From contig CAKMKG010000001.1 of assembly GCA_927441425.1 (NCBI GenBank), forward strand, positions 150 to 64,149: a stretch of DNA of 64,000 nucleotides. Reading direction: 5' to 3'. Position 1 is the stretch's first letter, and the number at the start of each line of letters is the position of its first letter. The DNA is from an uncultured Bacillota bacterium (GTDB lineage: Bacteria > Bacillota > Clostridia > Peptostreptococcales > Anaerovoracaceae). Positions 38,172 through 50,500 of the stretch are shown piece after piece. A program made the translations under genes and the position numbers. The notes under the pieces were generated by a model. That model searched no databases. It had not been told where the DNA came from and worked only from the letters and a program-made list of their open reading frames with translations.

Positions 38172-40100
38172 TTGAGCAAGCAATTATACATAACTGAAAA
38201 ACCGTCTGTGGCAGCCAGCTTTGCCAATGTTCTGGGCGTGCAGATTTCATCAGCGGATAGAGGCAGGGGTTATGCAGAAACGGAAAATTCCATCATAACA
38301 TGGTGTTTCGGTCATCTTGTAACTTTGGCATACCCGGATGCTTACGATCCCGAATATAAGCTCTGGCGGGTTGAGCATCTCCCGATCATTCCAAAAGAAT
38401 ACAAATATATCGTCATAGACAATAAAGGAACGGCAAAGCAGTTTGAAGTAATCAAAGCGCAAATGTGCCGGAAAGATGTGGATATGATTTATTCCTGTAC
38501 TGACAGTGGGCGTGAGGGAGAATATATCTTCCGGCTGGTCTATCATCAAAGCGGGACCGATACGCCGGCAAAAAGAGTTTGGATCTCTTCTCAAACAGAA
38601 GATGCGGTGAAAAAAGGAATCGAGGAAGCGAAGAGCATCCGGGAGTATGATTCTCTTTCAAAGGCTGCCTACTGCAGGGCAAAAGAGGACTGGCTCTTCG
38701 GCATGAATTTCAGCAGAATTTATACCTGCCAATACGGCAGAAAGCTCTCGAGTTCTCTACAAGAGGAGAAATCCTCGGTCATTCCCATCGGCAGAGTCAT
38801 GACCTGTGTATTGGGTTTGATCGTTGACCGGGAACTGGAAATCAGAAATTTTGTACCAAAACCTTATTACGGGGTAACCGCGAACTTTCTTTCAAAAGAC
38901 AGCGAGATTGCCTATAAAGGAAGATGGCAGCAAAAGAAAAAAGAAAGCAAAGCCTCTGGGGATGATTTAGAAAATGAAGAAAAATATATTAGCAAAGTAG
39001 AAGCGGAAGAAATTATAAAAAAACTGGAAGGGCAGGAAGCTGCGGTCAAAAAGGTTGAGGTAAAGATAAAAAAAGAACAAGCACCTTTGCTATTTAATCT
39101 GGCCGAGCTACAATCCGAGGCCAATAAGAAATTTAAAATCTCCGTCAATAAAACATTGGAAATTGCGCAAAGCCTCTATGAAAAGAAATTGATCTCCTAC
39201 CCCAGAACTGACAGCAGGGTACTTTCCACCGATGTAATCCCGGAGCTGCCAAAGGTCCTGAACGGCTTATATAAAAATGCGGATTTTAAGGAGTCCATAG
39301 CGAAGATCAAAGAATTTGGAACCCTCGGAATTGATAAAAATACGAAACGATATGTGGATGACAGCAAGGTTACCGACCATTACGCGATTATTCCAACCTA
39401 TGTGACTACTGAACTTTCCAGGCTGGATGATGATACAAGAAATATCTACAGCCTTATTGTGAAACGATTTCTGGCAATTTTTTATCCTCCTGCAGAGTTT
39501 AATACGGTGAGGGTGGAGACGGCCATCGGATCGGAACTGTTCGTGACCAATTCCAAAACCTTGAATGTACAGGGATGGAAAGAGGTGTATGATGTGACAG
39601 CCTCAAAAGGCGAGGAACTGTCTGAATCACCGATTCAAAGGCTGATCAAGAAAGAGAAGTGCGATGTAACAGGAATGGATCTGGAGGAGAAAGAAACCAA
39701 GCCCCCAGCCAGATTTACCGATGGTTCGCTGATTATCACAATGGAAAAGGCGGGAAAGTATATCGAGAACGAGGAGCTGCGAGAGCAGATCAAAACCTGC
39801 GGGATCGGAACATCAGCTACCCGGGCGGGAATCATTAAAAAGCTGGTGGATATCGGCCACATTAAAATCAACAGTAAGACACAAATCGTGACCCCTGAGC
39901 CAAAAGGGGAAGCAATTGTGGAGTTGGTCCGTCACACGGCAAAAGAGCTCCTGAATCCAACCCTGACCGCCAGCTGGGAAAAAGGCCTGTTCATGATCGA
40001 GAATCATGAAATCACAGAGGAGGTTTTTGAGGAAAAACTGGAAAAATACATCACCAAGACCATTGAAAAAGTGAAACGAACCGCATACCGACGTGCGTAA
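38172..40100 (+). CDS. topB: Second DNA topoisomerase III paralogue, no C-terminal Zn ribbons
   Basis: TEKPSVA, CTDSGREGE, IGRVMT, SYPRTDS, IGTSATRA. Confidence 0.88.
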   Translation: MSKQLYITEKPSVAASFANVLGVQISSADRGRGYAETENSIITWCFGHLVTLAYPDAYDPEYKLWRVEHLPIIPKEYKYIVIDNKGTAKQFEVIKAQMCRKDVDMIYSCTDSGREGEYIFRLVYHQSGTDTPAKRVWISSQTEDAVKKGIEEAKSIREYDSLSKAAYCRAKEDWLFGMNFSRIYTCQYGRKLSSSLQEEKSSVIPIGRVMTCVLGLIVDRELEIRNFVPKPYYGVTANFLSKDSEIAYKGRWQQKKKESKASGDDLENEEKYISKVEAEEIIKKLEGQEAAVKKVEVKIKKEQAPLLFNLAELQSEANKKFKISVNKTLEIAQSLYEKKLISYPRTDSRVLSTDVIPELPKVLNGLYKNADFKESIAKIKEFGTLGIDKNTKRYVDDSKVTDHYAIIPTYVTTELSRLDDDTRNIYSLIVKRFLAIFYPPAEFNTVRVETAIGSELFVTNSKTLNVQGWKEVYDVTASKGEELSESPIQRLIKKEKCDVTGMDLEEKETKPPARFTDGSLIITMEKAGKYIENEELREQIKTCGIGTSATRAGIIKKLVDIGHIKINSKTQIVTPEPKGEAIVELVRHTAKELLNPTLTASWEKGLFMIENHEITEEVFEEKLEKYITKTIEKVKRTAYRRA

Positions 40101-40148
40101 AACATCGATCTAGACCCGAATCCCCGGTAGCAGTCAGAGGGCGTTTAT

Positions 40149-40175
40149 ACCTCGAGGCAACTCGGGGGTTTTTTT
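40149..40175 (+). terminator. Intrinsic terminator
   Basis: ACCTCGAG-GCAA-CTCGGGGG followed by T7. Confidence 0.7.
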
Positions 40176-40365
40176 GTGCATTTTTTGATCGAAACCAAAA
40201 TTCACAGTTTCTTTATAAATCCGTGTGAATAATTACCCATTATTTGGGTATGGTGATTTTGCTGTTTTTCAACTATTAGTTGCAAAATAACTCCGGCCCA
40301 AGGGTGATAATTGGATAATTAATGCAAAATTTCAAAAATGACGATAAATTTGACAAAAATTAATC

Positions 40366-40392
40366 TAAAGTAATTACAAAATATGTCGAAAG
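40366..40392 (+). promoter_or_regulatory. sigmaD-type promoter candidate
   Basis: TAAA-N15-GTCGAAAG upstream of an MCP gene. Confidence 0.45.
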
Positions 40393-40555
40393 ATGTAGAA
40401 CAAAGTCGACTCAATGAATTAATAATGAACTTTTTTATTCATATTTAAACATTTCTTAATGCTATATCAAAGGAGGGAAGAAGATCTTCATTCGTTATTC
40501 CTAAAGTCAGGTTTTAATATGTTCGAACCGATATGATGAAAAGGAGAAAATGGGA

Positions 40556-43500
40556 ATGAAATTATTTCTTAATTTAAAAATCAGCGCCAAACTATTGATT
40601 GGTTTTATACTAGTTGCCCTCATAGCAGGGGCTGTGGGTGGTTTTGGAATGATTAACATCAAAGCACTAGATGACAAGAACACTTATGTCCACGAGATGA
40701 TGACAGTGCCCCTCGGGGAGATGGTACTCATTGCCGAGTCTTTTCAACGGATGAGAGGAAATGTAAGGGATATTATGTTGACAACAGACCCTGTCGCTAT
40801 TGCTGATTATGAAAGCAGAATACAGGAAAGGAAAGTGGACATCGACACCAATTTAGCCAGCTATGAGACCACCTTGTTTTCCGATGAAGGCAAACAATTG
40901 ACAGCCCAGATGAAGCTCGATTTAGTGGCCTACGAAAAAGTGGTATCCCGTATCATAACACTCAAAAAAGAAGGAAAACAAGATGAAGCTATAGAACTGA
41001 TGAGAGGTGAAGGGAACACGCTGCGGACTTCTGTTGAAGTTGCCTATCGCAGAATGATGGAGATCAAAGTTGCGTCAGCTACCCAAACAGCAGCTGACAA
41101 TACAACACAAGCCAATAAAACCATGCTACTGATGGGTATTTTTGTAGGCGTTGCAATGGTATTGGCTATAGGTCTTGGTATTTTCTTATCCAACATCATC
41201 AGCAAACCGCTCATCAAAGGTGTCCAAATGATCCAGGAAATGGGCAAAGGTCACTTATCCATGCGGATGAGTATGGACTCAAAAGACGAAGTGGGCACAA
41301 TGGCCAAGGCCATGGATGCTTTTGCAGATGACCTGCAGCTAAATGTCATCGGCGTCATGAACATGATCTCTGATGGTGATGTAACGATGGAAATTGCGAT
41401 CAAAGATGAGAAGGATGAAATCTCTCCTGCCCTAAAGAATACAGTTGAGACGGTAAGAGGGATCAACTTAGAAGTAAAGAAATTAATCCAAGCAACAATC
41501 GAGGGAAAACTGGATGTCAGAGGGGATTCCTCCGGATATGGTGGTTCCTGGAAAGAATGCATTGAAGGAATCAATGGTCTCATCGATGCATTTGTAGCGC
41601 CGATCAATGTAACTGCTGAATATGTGGAACGAATCAGCAAGGGTGACATTCCTCCGACGATCACAGATACTTACCTCGGCGATTTTAATGAAATCAAAAA
41701 TAATTTGAATAACTGTATCAATGTTATGAATGGCTTGTTGAACGAGACAAATATGCTGATTAAGGCGACACAGTACGGAGAACTTGATCAAAGAGGAAAT
41801 GCAGCAGCATTTTCAGGAGATTGGGGATTGTTAATCAATGGCGTGAATAAAACCATCGGTACGTTGGTTGGGCATATCGATAATCTGCCTTCCCCGGTAT
41901 TGATCATTGACAAAGATTTTACATTGAAATACATCAATAAGCTTGGGCTAAGCCTTACCGGTCTTCCGCTTGATCAGGTTATAGGAACCAAATGCCATAA
42001 TCATTTTAAAACGAATGATTGCAAAACAGATAATTGCGCCTGCGCAAGAGCGATGACACAGAACAAGAAGGCTACGAGTGAAACCACAGCGCGTCCGAGT
42101 GGTATGGAACTAGAAATATCCTACACGGGAATTCCAATTACGGATGAGAACCAACAGGTAATTGGTGCAATTGAATTGATTGTAGACCAAACAGAGGTTG
42201 TCAACGGGATCAGAAAAACGGAAAAACAAACTGTATTCCAAAATAGAGAAGTGCAAAGCTTGATTATGAATTTGAAAAAACTTGCACAAGGGGATCTGAA
42301 CATTAAAACCGTTGAGCATGAAGTGGATGAGGATACAAAACTAATCGGGCAAGACTTTAAAAGCATTAATGATAATTTAAATAACTGCATCAATATCATG
42401 AGTGGTCTTCTAAGTGAAACGAACAAGCTGATCAATGCAGCACAGGATGGGCAACTTGATGCGAGAGCAAATACAGCAGGCTTCACAGGTGGCTGGGAAG
42501 AGCTTGCCAGTGGCGTAAACATGCTGGTTGAAGCAGTCGTAAAGCCAATCAAGGAAGTGACAGCTGTGATGAACGAAATCTCAGAGGGAAATCTGAGAGT
42601 AGCAGTAAAGGGCGATTACCAAGGTGAATTCGGGGTCCTGTCTAGTGCGGTAAACAATACGGCAAAAGATCTGAATGATGTGGTTGGAGAGATATCAGAG
42701 GTCCTTGGACAGATGGCTGATGGAAACCTGTCAGTCAGCGATGTGAGAGAATTCAAAGGAGATTTTGTTACCATATCCAATTCTTTGAATATGATTCTGG
42801 AATCGATGAATTCCGTACTCGGTGAAATCAATAACTCATCGGATCAAGTCTCGATTGGTTCAAAACAGGTTTCTGACGGCAGCCAGGCACTGTCACAGGG
42901 TGCGACAGAGCAGGCAAGTTCCGTTGAAGAATTAACTGCTTCCGTAACGGAAGTGGCGTCGCTGACAAAGGATAATGCAACCAGTGCAAATAAGGCGAAT
43001 GATCTTACCTTGACTGTAAAGGACAGTGCAGAGCTTGGAAACAAGCACATGGCCGAAATGCTGCAGGCCATGGAAGAGATCAATGACTCATCAAACAATA
43101 TTTCAAAGATCATAAAGGTAATCGATGATATTGCCTTCCAGACAAATATCCTTGCGCTGAATGCGGCGGTAGAAGCGGCAAGAGCAGGCCAGCATGGCAA
43201 AGGATTTGCAGTAGTAGCAGAAGAGGTCAGAAATCTTGCGGCAAGAAGTGCAGAAGCGGCAAAGAATACGACGGAGCTGATTCAAGGTTCCATAAAGAAA
43301 TCCTCTGCCGGAACGGACATCGCAAACAATACTGCAAAAGCGTTATTGGAAATTGTAACAGGCGTGACAAAGACCGCAGAGATCATTTCGGGAATTGCAA
43401 AATCATCCAATGAACAGGCAATGGGAATTGCACAGATCAATACGGGACTGAATCAAGTGTCACAGGTTGTTCAGAACAATGCTGCGACTGCGGAAGAAAG

Positions 43501-43693
43501 TGCCGCATCCAGTGAGGAACTTTCCGGACAAGCTGAAATGCTAAAGGAAATGATCAGCAGATTCAGGCTTAGAAAGCTACAAAGCTTTGCCGGCAACGAC
43601 GTTAAGCTGTTAGGAAGCGGGAATAGTAAAAAGGCGGAGAAAAAATCCACCCCGAAAATCATTTTAAGCGATAACGAATACGATAAATATTGA
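40556..43693 (+). CDS. Methyl-accepting chemotaxis protein (4HB sensor, multiple HAMP, PAS, signalling domain)
   Basis: Two TM helices, repeated HAMP-like units, [35 protein letters not shown]-terminus EYDKY. Confidence 0.95.
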   Translation: MKLFLNLKISAKLLIGFILVALIAGAVGGFGMINIKALDDKNTYVHEMMTVPLGEMVLIAESFQRMRGNVRDIMLTTDPVAIADYESRIQERKVDIDTNLASYETTLFSDEGKQLTAQMKLDLVAYEKVVSRIITLKKEGKQDEAIELMRGEGNTLRTSVEVAYRRMMEIKVASATQTAADNTTQANKTMLLMGIFVGVAMVLAIGLGIFLSNIISKPLIKGVQMIQEMGKGHLSMRMSMDSKDEVGTMAKAMDAFADDLQLNVIGVMNMISDGDVTMEIAIKDEKDEISPALKNTVETVRGINLEVKKLIQATIEGKLDVRGDSSGYGGSWKECIEGINGLIDAFVAPINVTAEYVERISKGDIPPTITDTYLGDFNEIKNNLNNCINVMNGLLNETNMLIKATQYGELDQRGNAAAFSGDWGLLINGVNKTIGTLVGHIDNLPSPVLIIDKDFTLKYINKLGLSLTGLPLDQVIGTKCHNHFKTNDCKTDNCACARAMTQNKKATSETTARPSGMELEISYTGIPITDENQQVIGAIELIVDQTEVVNGIRKTEKQTVFQNREVQSLIMNLKKLAQGDLNIKTVEHEVDEDTKLIGQDFKSINDNLNNCINIMSGLLSETNKLINAAQDGQLDARANTAGFTGGWEELASGVNMLVEAVVKPIKEVTAVMNEISEGNLRVAVKGDYQGEFGVLSSAVNNTAKDLNDVVGEISEVLGQMADGNLSVSDVREFKGDFVTISNSLNMILESMNSVLGEINNSSDQVSIGSKQVSDGSQALSQGATEQASSVEELTASVTEVASLTKDNATSANKANDLTLTVKDSAELGNKHMAEMLQAMEEINDSSNNISKIIKVIDDIAFQTNILALNAAVEAARAGQHGKGFAVVAEEVRNLAARSAEAAKNTTELIQGSIKKSSAGTDIANNTAKALLEIVTGVTKTAEIISGIAKSSNEQAMGIAQINTGLNQVSQVVQNNAATAEESAASSEELSGQAEMLKEMISRFRLRKLQSFAGNDVKLLGSGNSKKAEKKSTPKIILSDNEYDKY

Positions 43694-43843
43694 TTAAGAT
43701 GTGTGCAGAATATGCACTGAGTTATTAGAAATACAACATAGGGCCGATCAAGTAATAAAGACACTTTACAAGGAGAGCATTACTTGATCGGTCCAAATAG
43801 GTTGAATGAATCTAATCTCAAAGGATTTGTAAAGGGGAACAAT

Positions 43844-44446
43844 ATGGCGTTCACTTATTTTTTCAGAGATCTTCAGACAATAGAGGCAATTAGAGATCAT
43901 GCCTTGCCGGACTTGAGAGCGAGAAAATTCATAGACATATGGGATGCGGGCTGCGCCATGGGGCAGGAGCCCTATTCGTTATCCATGATTCTGAATGAAA
44001 GTATGGGATATATGTATTTTCGAAATGTAAGAATTCTTGCCACCGACATTGATGAGAGCAATCTGTTTGAAGAGATTATTTCAAAGGCAGCTTATCCTGA
44101 AGAGCAGATCCAACGGATTCCAAAAGGGATTTTCAATAAATTTTTCAGTCAGGATGATAAGGCAGGCTATTTTAAATTGAATGAAGAGATTAGAAAATCC
44201 GTTACCTTTCAAAAACACAATTTACTGACTTTGATCCCGCCCGCCAAGGATTTTGGATTGATTCTATGCAAGAACGTATTGCTACATTTTAATGATGCAG
44301 AAAGATTGAAGGTAATCAGCATGTTTCATGAAGCGCTGACCGACGGGGGATATTTGGCTCTGGAGCAGACACAAAAGCTTCCAAAGGAGGCGCAGCACTT
44401 ATTTGCACCCGTTATTTCTAATGCACAACTCTTTAAAAAGCTATAA
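43844..44446 (+). CDS. cheR: CheR-family methyltransferase (SAM domain only)
   Basis: TYFFRD, IWDAGCAMGQEPYS, ATDID, F..HNL, LCKNVL. Confidence 0.88.
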   Translation: MAFTYFFRDLQTIEAIRDHALPDLRARKFIDIWDAGCAMGQEPYSLSMILNESMGYMYFRNVRILATDIDESNLFEEIISKAAYPEEQIQRIPKGIFNKFFSQDDKAGYFKLNEEIRKSVTFQKHNLLTLIPPAKDFGLILCKNVLLHFNDAERLKVISMFHEALTDGGYLALEQTQKLPKEAQHLFAPVISNAQLFKKL

Positions 44447-44497
44447 TTTCTAAGATTTCATAGAATTCGTTGTCGTCGATTTGTAAAGGTGGAAATT

Positions 44498-47440
44498 ATG
44501 ATGATTAAGAATGCTTGCATCACGGGGGAACGAGAAACAAAGGAGAAAAATCTGTTTCAAGACAAACAAGAGATAATCGTATTAATCAACGCGGAAACGT
44601 TAGAGATGAAAGACTGCAATTTGGCGGCGTGCGCATTTTATGGACATTCTTATCCTGAAATGCTGAAATTAAGTATCCTCGATATTTTCGCAAATGAATC
44701 GATCAGGAAAGAAATGTTACAAGGAAGATTACTAGAGAGAAATTGCTATTGTTCAAAACATAAAACGGCAAAGGGTGAGATTCATGATGTTGAGATTCAT
44801 GGGAGCCTCATTGATATAGAAGGAACTATTTATTTACTTGCTATTTTATACGACATGACAGATGAAATAGATTCGGAGCCCATGAAAAGAGAAACTTCGT
44901 TAGACCAAGAAATAAAATTCACAGAAGCATTGTTAGAAAGCATTCCGGGATTTCTTTACGTTTATGATGAAGCGGGAAGGCTTATCAAATGGAATAAAAA
45001 ACATGAGGAAATGACTGGCTATACAGCGGAAGAATTGTCACAGATGAACTTGGACAAATGGTATGAAGGTGAGGATGCCGTTAGAGTGGCCAATGCAGTC
45101 AAGGAGGTTTTTGAAACCGGTTATGGGGAGGTGGAAGCTAACCTTATGATCAAAGGGGGAAGAAAGCTTCTGGTCCGTGTCAATGGGGTACGCCTTGAAA
45201 TTGACGGAAAGACTTACTTTGCGGGAGTAGGGATTGACATTTCAAAGCAAAGAGAAAATGAAGAAATTATAAGAAGAAGTGAAGCAATGCTCAAGGCTAC
45301 TGTCTCAAATATTTCAGACGTGATAACAATTGTCGACGAGAATGGTATTATAAAGTACAAAAGCCCCAATGTAACCGGGTTGTTTGGCTGGAATCCCAAT
45401 GACCTGGTGGGGCTCAGTTATTTAGAAACAGCACACCCGGATGACAAGGATATGCTGCGAAAAGAATTTCAATTGCTGCTGCAAGAAGATGGTGCAAAGG
45501 TTGTTGTCGAATACCGCTACAAAAATCAGGACGGAGACTATTCAATTATTCAACTTACTGCGATCAACCTCTTAAAGAATCCGGATATCAAAGGCATCCT
45601 GGCTAATTATAGTGATATTACAGAGATTAAAAAAACAGAAAATGAACTGCGGGAAAGTGAAGAGCGATTGAGCAATCTTTTTGAGAGAGCACCTTTGGGC
45701 TATCAATCTCTGGATATTGATGGCAGATTCAATGAGGTGAATGAAGCTTGGCTTTTAACCCTTGGATATCAACGAGAAGAAGTCGTTGGTAAATGGTTCG
45801 GGGATTTCCTAGCACCGGAGTTTGTTGATGTCTTTCGTCAAAGATTTCCGATGTTCAAGGCTGCCGGAAAAGTTCATTCTGAATTTGAAATGCTTCACAA
45901 GAACGGTGAGCGTAGAACGGTAAGCTTTGAAGGACGCATCGGGCATAAGCATGATGGGAGCTTTGATAAAACCCATTGTATTCTTCAGGATATCACAGAG
46001 CGTGTTCAAGCAGAAAATGCGTTGCGGGAAAGCGAAGAAATGTATCGACTGATAACGGAGAATATTTCTGATGTCATTTGGGTTTTAAATATAACGAAAA
46101 ATAGGTTTACCTATATTAGTCCATCGATATTCCAGCTGAGAGGTTTCACAGCAGAGGAGGCAATCGAGGAACGCATGGAAGAAGCCTTCACTCCTGACTG
46201 TCTGGAGATTGCGAGAAAAGCTTTAATAAGACATATCAATGATTTTATCAATAACCCAGATGAGTCTATAACGATCAGACAGGAGCTGCAGCAGCCTTGT
46301 AAAGACGGTACGCCTATCTGGGTTGAAGTTTCCGGCAGATTTCGGTATAATACTGCAGGGGAAATAGAACTGGTAGGTGCAAGTCATGACATCCAGGAAA
46401 GAAAGATGGCAGAGGAGCAAATATACAATATCTTAAATCATGATCAATTAACAGGAATCTATAATCGCAGATTCTATGAAGAGGAGTTAAGGAGAATAGA
46501 TACAGAAATAAATTTACCCATCGCATTGGTTATGGTTGATGTCAATGGACTTAAGCTAATCAATGATGCCTTTGGTCATCAGTCGGGAGACTTGCTTTTA
46601 AAGAAAATTGCGGATATTTTAAGCAAGGAATGCAAGTCGGATGGAATCGTTTCAAGAATTGGAGGAGATGAATTTATTCTGTTACTTCCCCACGGGGATG
46701 CTGAAAAAGTGAATGAATTGATTGAACGGATCAACGAGTCTATTGCAAATGAGAAAATAGACAATGTGATATTATCTGTTGCAATCGGCTTTGCAATAAA
46801 ATATGATATTACCAATGACATGCGGGTTGTCTTTAAAGAGGCGGAGGATGACTTGTATCGGCATAAAATATCAGAGAGCTCAAGCATGAGAAGCAAGACC
46901 ATAGAGTTGATCATGAATTCACTGTTTGAAAAAAATAAGAGAGAGATGCTTCACTCTCAAAGGGTAGGAGAACTTTGCGAAGCGATAGCAAGAAATATGC
47001 GTTTTACAAAGCATGAAATTGATCAAATGCGCATCGCCGGGCTCATGCATGATATCGGTAAAATTGGGATTCTGGATACCATCCTAAACAAAAAGGGTGG
47101 GTTGGATCGTGATGAGTGGGACCAAATCAAGAGGCATTCAGAAATTGGATACCGTATCTTAAGCTCCGTAAATGAATTCTCGGAAATTGCAAATTATATT
47201 CTTGAACACCAGGAAAGATGGGACGGGAAAGGATATCCGAAGGGATTGAAAGGGGAAGAGATTTCTCTACAAGCCAGAATTATTGCGGTTGCAGATTCCT
47301 ATGATGCCATGACATCAGATCGGGCATATAGAAGAGGCTTGAGCAAGGAAGATGCGATTCGGGAAATCAAAAAGCATTCCGGCACCCAGTTTGACCCCCA
47401 TATCGCCAAGATTTTTGTAGATAAAAGTTTAACCATTTAG
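44498..47440 (+). CDS. Multi-PAS-GGDEF-HD-GYP protein
   Basis: Several PAS/PAC repeats, DQLTG, GGDEF, MHDIGK, HQERWDGKGYP. Confidence 0.92.
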   Translation: MMIKNACITGERETKEKNLFQDKQEIIVLINAETLEMKDCNLAACAFYGHSYPEMLKLSILDIFANESIRKEMLQGRLLERNCYCSKHKTAKGEIHDVEIHGSLIDIEGTIYLLAILYDMTDEIDSEPMKRETSLDQEIKFTEALLESIPGFLYVYDEAGRLIKWNKKHEEMTGYTAEELSQMNLDKWYEGEDAVRVANAVKEVFETGYGEVEANLMIKGGRKLLVRVNGVRLEIDGKTYFAGVGIDISKQRENEEIIRRSEAMLKATVSNISDVITIVDENGIIKYKSPNVTGLFGWNPNDLVGLSYLETAHPDDKDMLRKEFQLLLQEDGAKVVVEYRYKNQDGDYSIIQLTAINLLKNPDIKGILANYSDITEIKKTENELRESEERLSNLFERAPLGYQSLDIDGRFNEVNEAWLLTLGYQREEVVGKWFGDFLAPEFVDVFRQRFPMFKAAGKVHSEFEMLHKNGERRTVSFEGRIGHKHDGSFDKTHCILQDITERVQAENALRESEEMYRLITENISDVIWVLNITKNRFTYISPSIFQLRGFTAEEAIEERMEEAFTPDCLEIARKALIRHINDFINNPDESITIRQELQQPCKDGTPIWVEVSGRFRYNTAGEIELVGASHDIQERKMAEEQIYNILNHDQLTGIYNRRFYEEELRRIDTEINLPIALVMVDVNGLKLINDAFGHQSGDLLLKKIADILSKECKSDGIVSRIGGDEFILLLPHGDAEKVNELIERINESIANEKIDNVILSVAIGFAIKYDITNDMRVVFKEAEDDLYRHKISESSSMRSKTIELIMNSLFEKNKREMLHSQRVGELCEAIARNMRFTKHEIDQMRIAGLMHDIGKIGILDTILNKKGGLDRDEWDQIKRHSEIGYRILSSVNEFSEIANYILEHQERWDGKGYPKGLKGEEISLQARIIAVADSYDAMTSDRAYRRGLSKEDAIREIKKHSGTQFDPHIAKIFVDKSLTI

Positions 47441-47508
47441 TCCGGTAATAGGGAATTAGCGGAGAAACACAACAGCAGTAATATTTTTTGCTTTAGTTAG
47501 GATAACAA

Positions 47509-50500
47509 ATGGAAAATAATAATGGGATAAGTTTTGATACCAAGAATCAAGAATCAAAATATACTTTTTCTGATTATTTTGATGTTGCAGAGCTCCAAAA
47601 AATTCAGGATTTATTTTCTGAGGCCACGGGAGTTGCTTCGATTATCACAGAGCCTGATGGGACGCCGATCACGGAACCCAGCGGATTTTGCGGGCTATGC
47701 AATGAAATCAGAAAAACCGAAAAGGGTTTTATCCACTGTAAACTGTCTGATTCGATCATTGGAAAAACAAATGAGGTGGGTCCCAACATTCAAAGATGCT
47801 ATAGCGGCGGTTTGCTGGATGCCGGAGCAAGCATTATTGTTGAGGGTAAGCATATTGGGAATTGGATGATTGGGCAAATCATCGATGAGGATCAACCAGA
47901 GGAAGCGTTGAAAAATTACGCTGTGGCGATCGGGTTGCATGAAGCAGTTTTTCAGAAAGAATTATTGAAAGTCAAGCGAATGCCTAGATCACAATTTGAA
48001 AGTATCAGCAATTTCCTCTTTAAAAATGCACAAATGATCTCAAGATATGCAAAAAACATTGCAGAGCTCTCCTACGAACTGGAGCAGAAGAACAGGCATG
48101 AGGCTGAGATAAAAAAATTAAATGAAGAATTAGAAGAAAAAAATAAAGAGATTAAAAAATTTTTTGGCGTTTCCTCAGACTTGTTTAGCATTACGGATAT
48201 CAGAGGTAATTTTTACAATTATAATAAAGCATGGGAGAGTATTTTAGGATACACCGAAGAAGATTTAAAAACGATGCGCTATCAAGATTATCTGCATCCG
48301 GAGGATGTATATGCGTACTATCAAGTGATGAAGCAAATAGAAGAAACCGGTAAAAACATTGGATTTACACCGAGATTTCGTCATAAAGATGGCTCTTATC
48401 GCTATGTTGAATGGAGCTGCATCAAGGAAGGCAGATATTATTATTCCGCGGACAGAGACGTGACGGAACGAATGGAAACTGAGCGTGCATTGCATGAAAC
48501 CGAAAGAAGCAAGGCAACGCTAATTTCCAATTTGCCCGGAATTGTATATCGCTGCAAAAACGATGAGAATTGGACAATGACTTTTCTTTCGGAAGGATGT
48601 TATGAACTGACCGGGTATAAACCGGAAGAATTGTTGGAGAATAGCAAGATTTCCTATACCGAAATCATCGCACCTGATTTTCGGGAAGCGTTAAACAAAC
48701 TGTGGGGAGAAGAGCTAGCTGAAAGAAAAGTCTCTCAGGTGGAGTATCCCATTATCACTGCGTCCGGAAAGACAAAATGGGTATGGGAGCAGTCTCAAGG
48801 AGTATGCGATTCTCATGGCAATCTCATTGCCAGTGAAGGCTACATCACAGATATTACAGAACGCAGAGAAACGGAGCAAGCTTTGATTTCTAGCGACAGC
48901 AGACTGAGAAGAGCGCAGGAGATCGCACATATCGGGAATTGGGAGCTGGATTTAAAGGATTATAAGATTTGGGCTTCTGATGAAGCCTTTAAAATTTATG
49001 GGATTGAAAAACGATCTGACTATTTAAATTTAAAAGAGGTACAGCAGATTGTAGCGGAAGAAGATAGACCTAGGATGGATGACGCATTAAAATCCCTCAT
49101 CAATGAAAGCGCCGACTATAATGTGGATTATCAAATTATCAGACCGAAGGATGGGAGCAAAAGGATTTTGAACTCCCAAGCAATCATAGAGTATGATTCT
49201 AACGGAAATCCCTCAAAAGTATCCGGAGTGATTCAAGATATCACGAAGAAAAAACAATCGGAACAAATTTTGAAAGAAAGTGAAGAACGCTTCCGAACAA
49301 TTTTTTTACAATCACCCTTTGGGATTGCATTGGTTGATTCGGTATCCCATTGGATCTATCAAGCAAATAATAAGTATGTGGAGATTCTGGGATGGAGCAT
49401 CGAGGAGCTTAACAGCATGAATTGGTCCAATATTACCGATCCAGAGGATTTGGATAGTATAGGATTATGGGATACCTTTCAAAAGGGTGAAATTGACACT
49501 TTCTGTGCCAGTAAAAGGTTTATCCGAAAGGATGAGGCTTATGTTTGGACCAACCTAACGATTTCAAGAGTTGAGGTTGAAAATTATAATAATAAGATGC
49601 ACATCGTGATGCTTGAGGATATTACACAGAATAAAAAGGCGGAAGAAGAAATCCAATACTACAGCATGCATGACCAATTAACAGATGCATATAATCGAAG
49701 GTATTATGAGGAAGAAATAAAGAAACTAGATCAAAAAGAAAATCTCCCGATTTCAATTATTGTGGGAGATGTGAATGGATTTAAGCTTTTTAATGATGCA
49801 TTTGGCTATAGCCAAGGGGACAAGCTTTTAAAGAGGGTTGCTGAAATCATCCGATCAGTCTGCAGGCCGGATGACATTGTCTTACGATGGGGCGGCGATG
49901 AATTCGTTATTATTTTGCCAAAGACGGGCATGAAAGATACCGTTGCCCTCGTGGATCAAATAAGAGAGAAATGCGCTAAGGAGGTTATTAATGAGATCAA
50001 CATTAGTATTTCCTTAGGTTGGGACGTAAAAAAAGAGGAAGAGTACGACATCCGTAAAACCATGAAAAATGCGGAAGACCAGATGTATAAGCACAAAATC
50101 GTTGAGAGCGAAGGCTTGCGTGGCAATGTCATAAAAACGGTAATCCATACCTTGCACGAAAAAAGCCCCAGAGAGGAGATGCATTCGATCAGGGTCAGCA
50201 ATATCAGTCAGAGTATAGGGAAAGCGCTCCAATTACCCGAGCTGGAAGTGAATAAATTGAAGGCGGTTGGATTGCTGCATGATATTGGAAAAATTGGAGT
50301 AGAGGGTAGTATTTTAGATAAGGTTGGTGCGCTGACACAGAAAGAATACGAGGAAGTCAAGAGGCATCCGGATATTGGCTATCGAATATTGAGTGCTTCC
50401 TCCGACATGAAGGAACTTGCCGAAATAACCTTGAGTCATCATGAAAGATGGGATGGAAAGGGGTATCCGAAAGGGCTAAAAGGAGAAGAAATTCCTATCC

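Noticed and set aside
38172-40100. ICE or plasmid-borne topB marking a mobile element
   Set aside because: No integrase, relaxase, T4SS genes or att-like repeats nearby; the gene follows a housekeeping dehydrogenase.
40101-40175. Possible c-di-GMP riboswitch upstream of the MCP/c-di-GMP block
   Set aside because: The GEMM core (GCAAA..GAAA..GACGCAAA) is absent on both strands; the hairpin plus T run is explained as the topB terminator.
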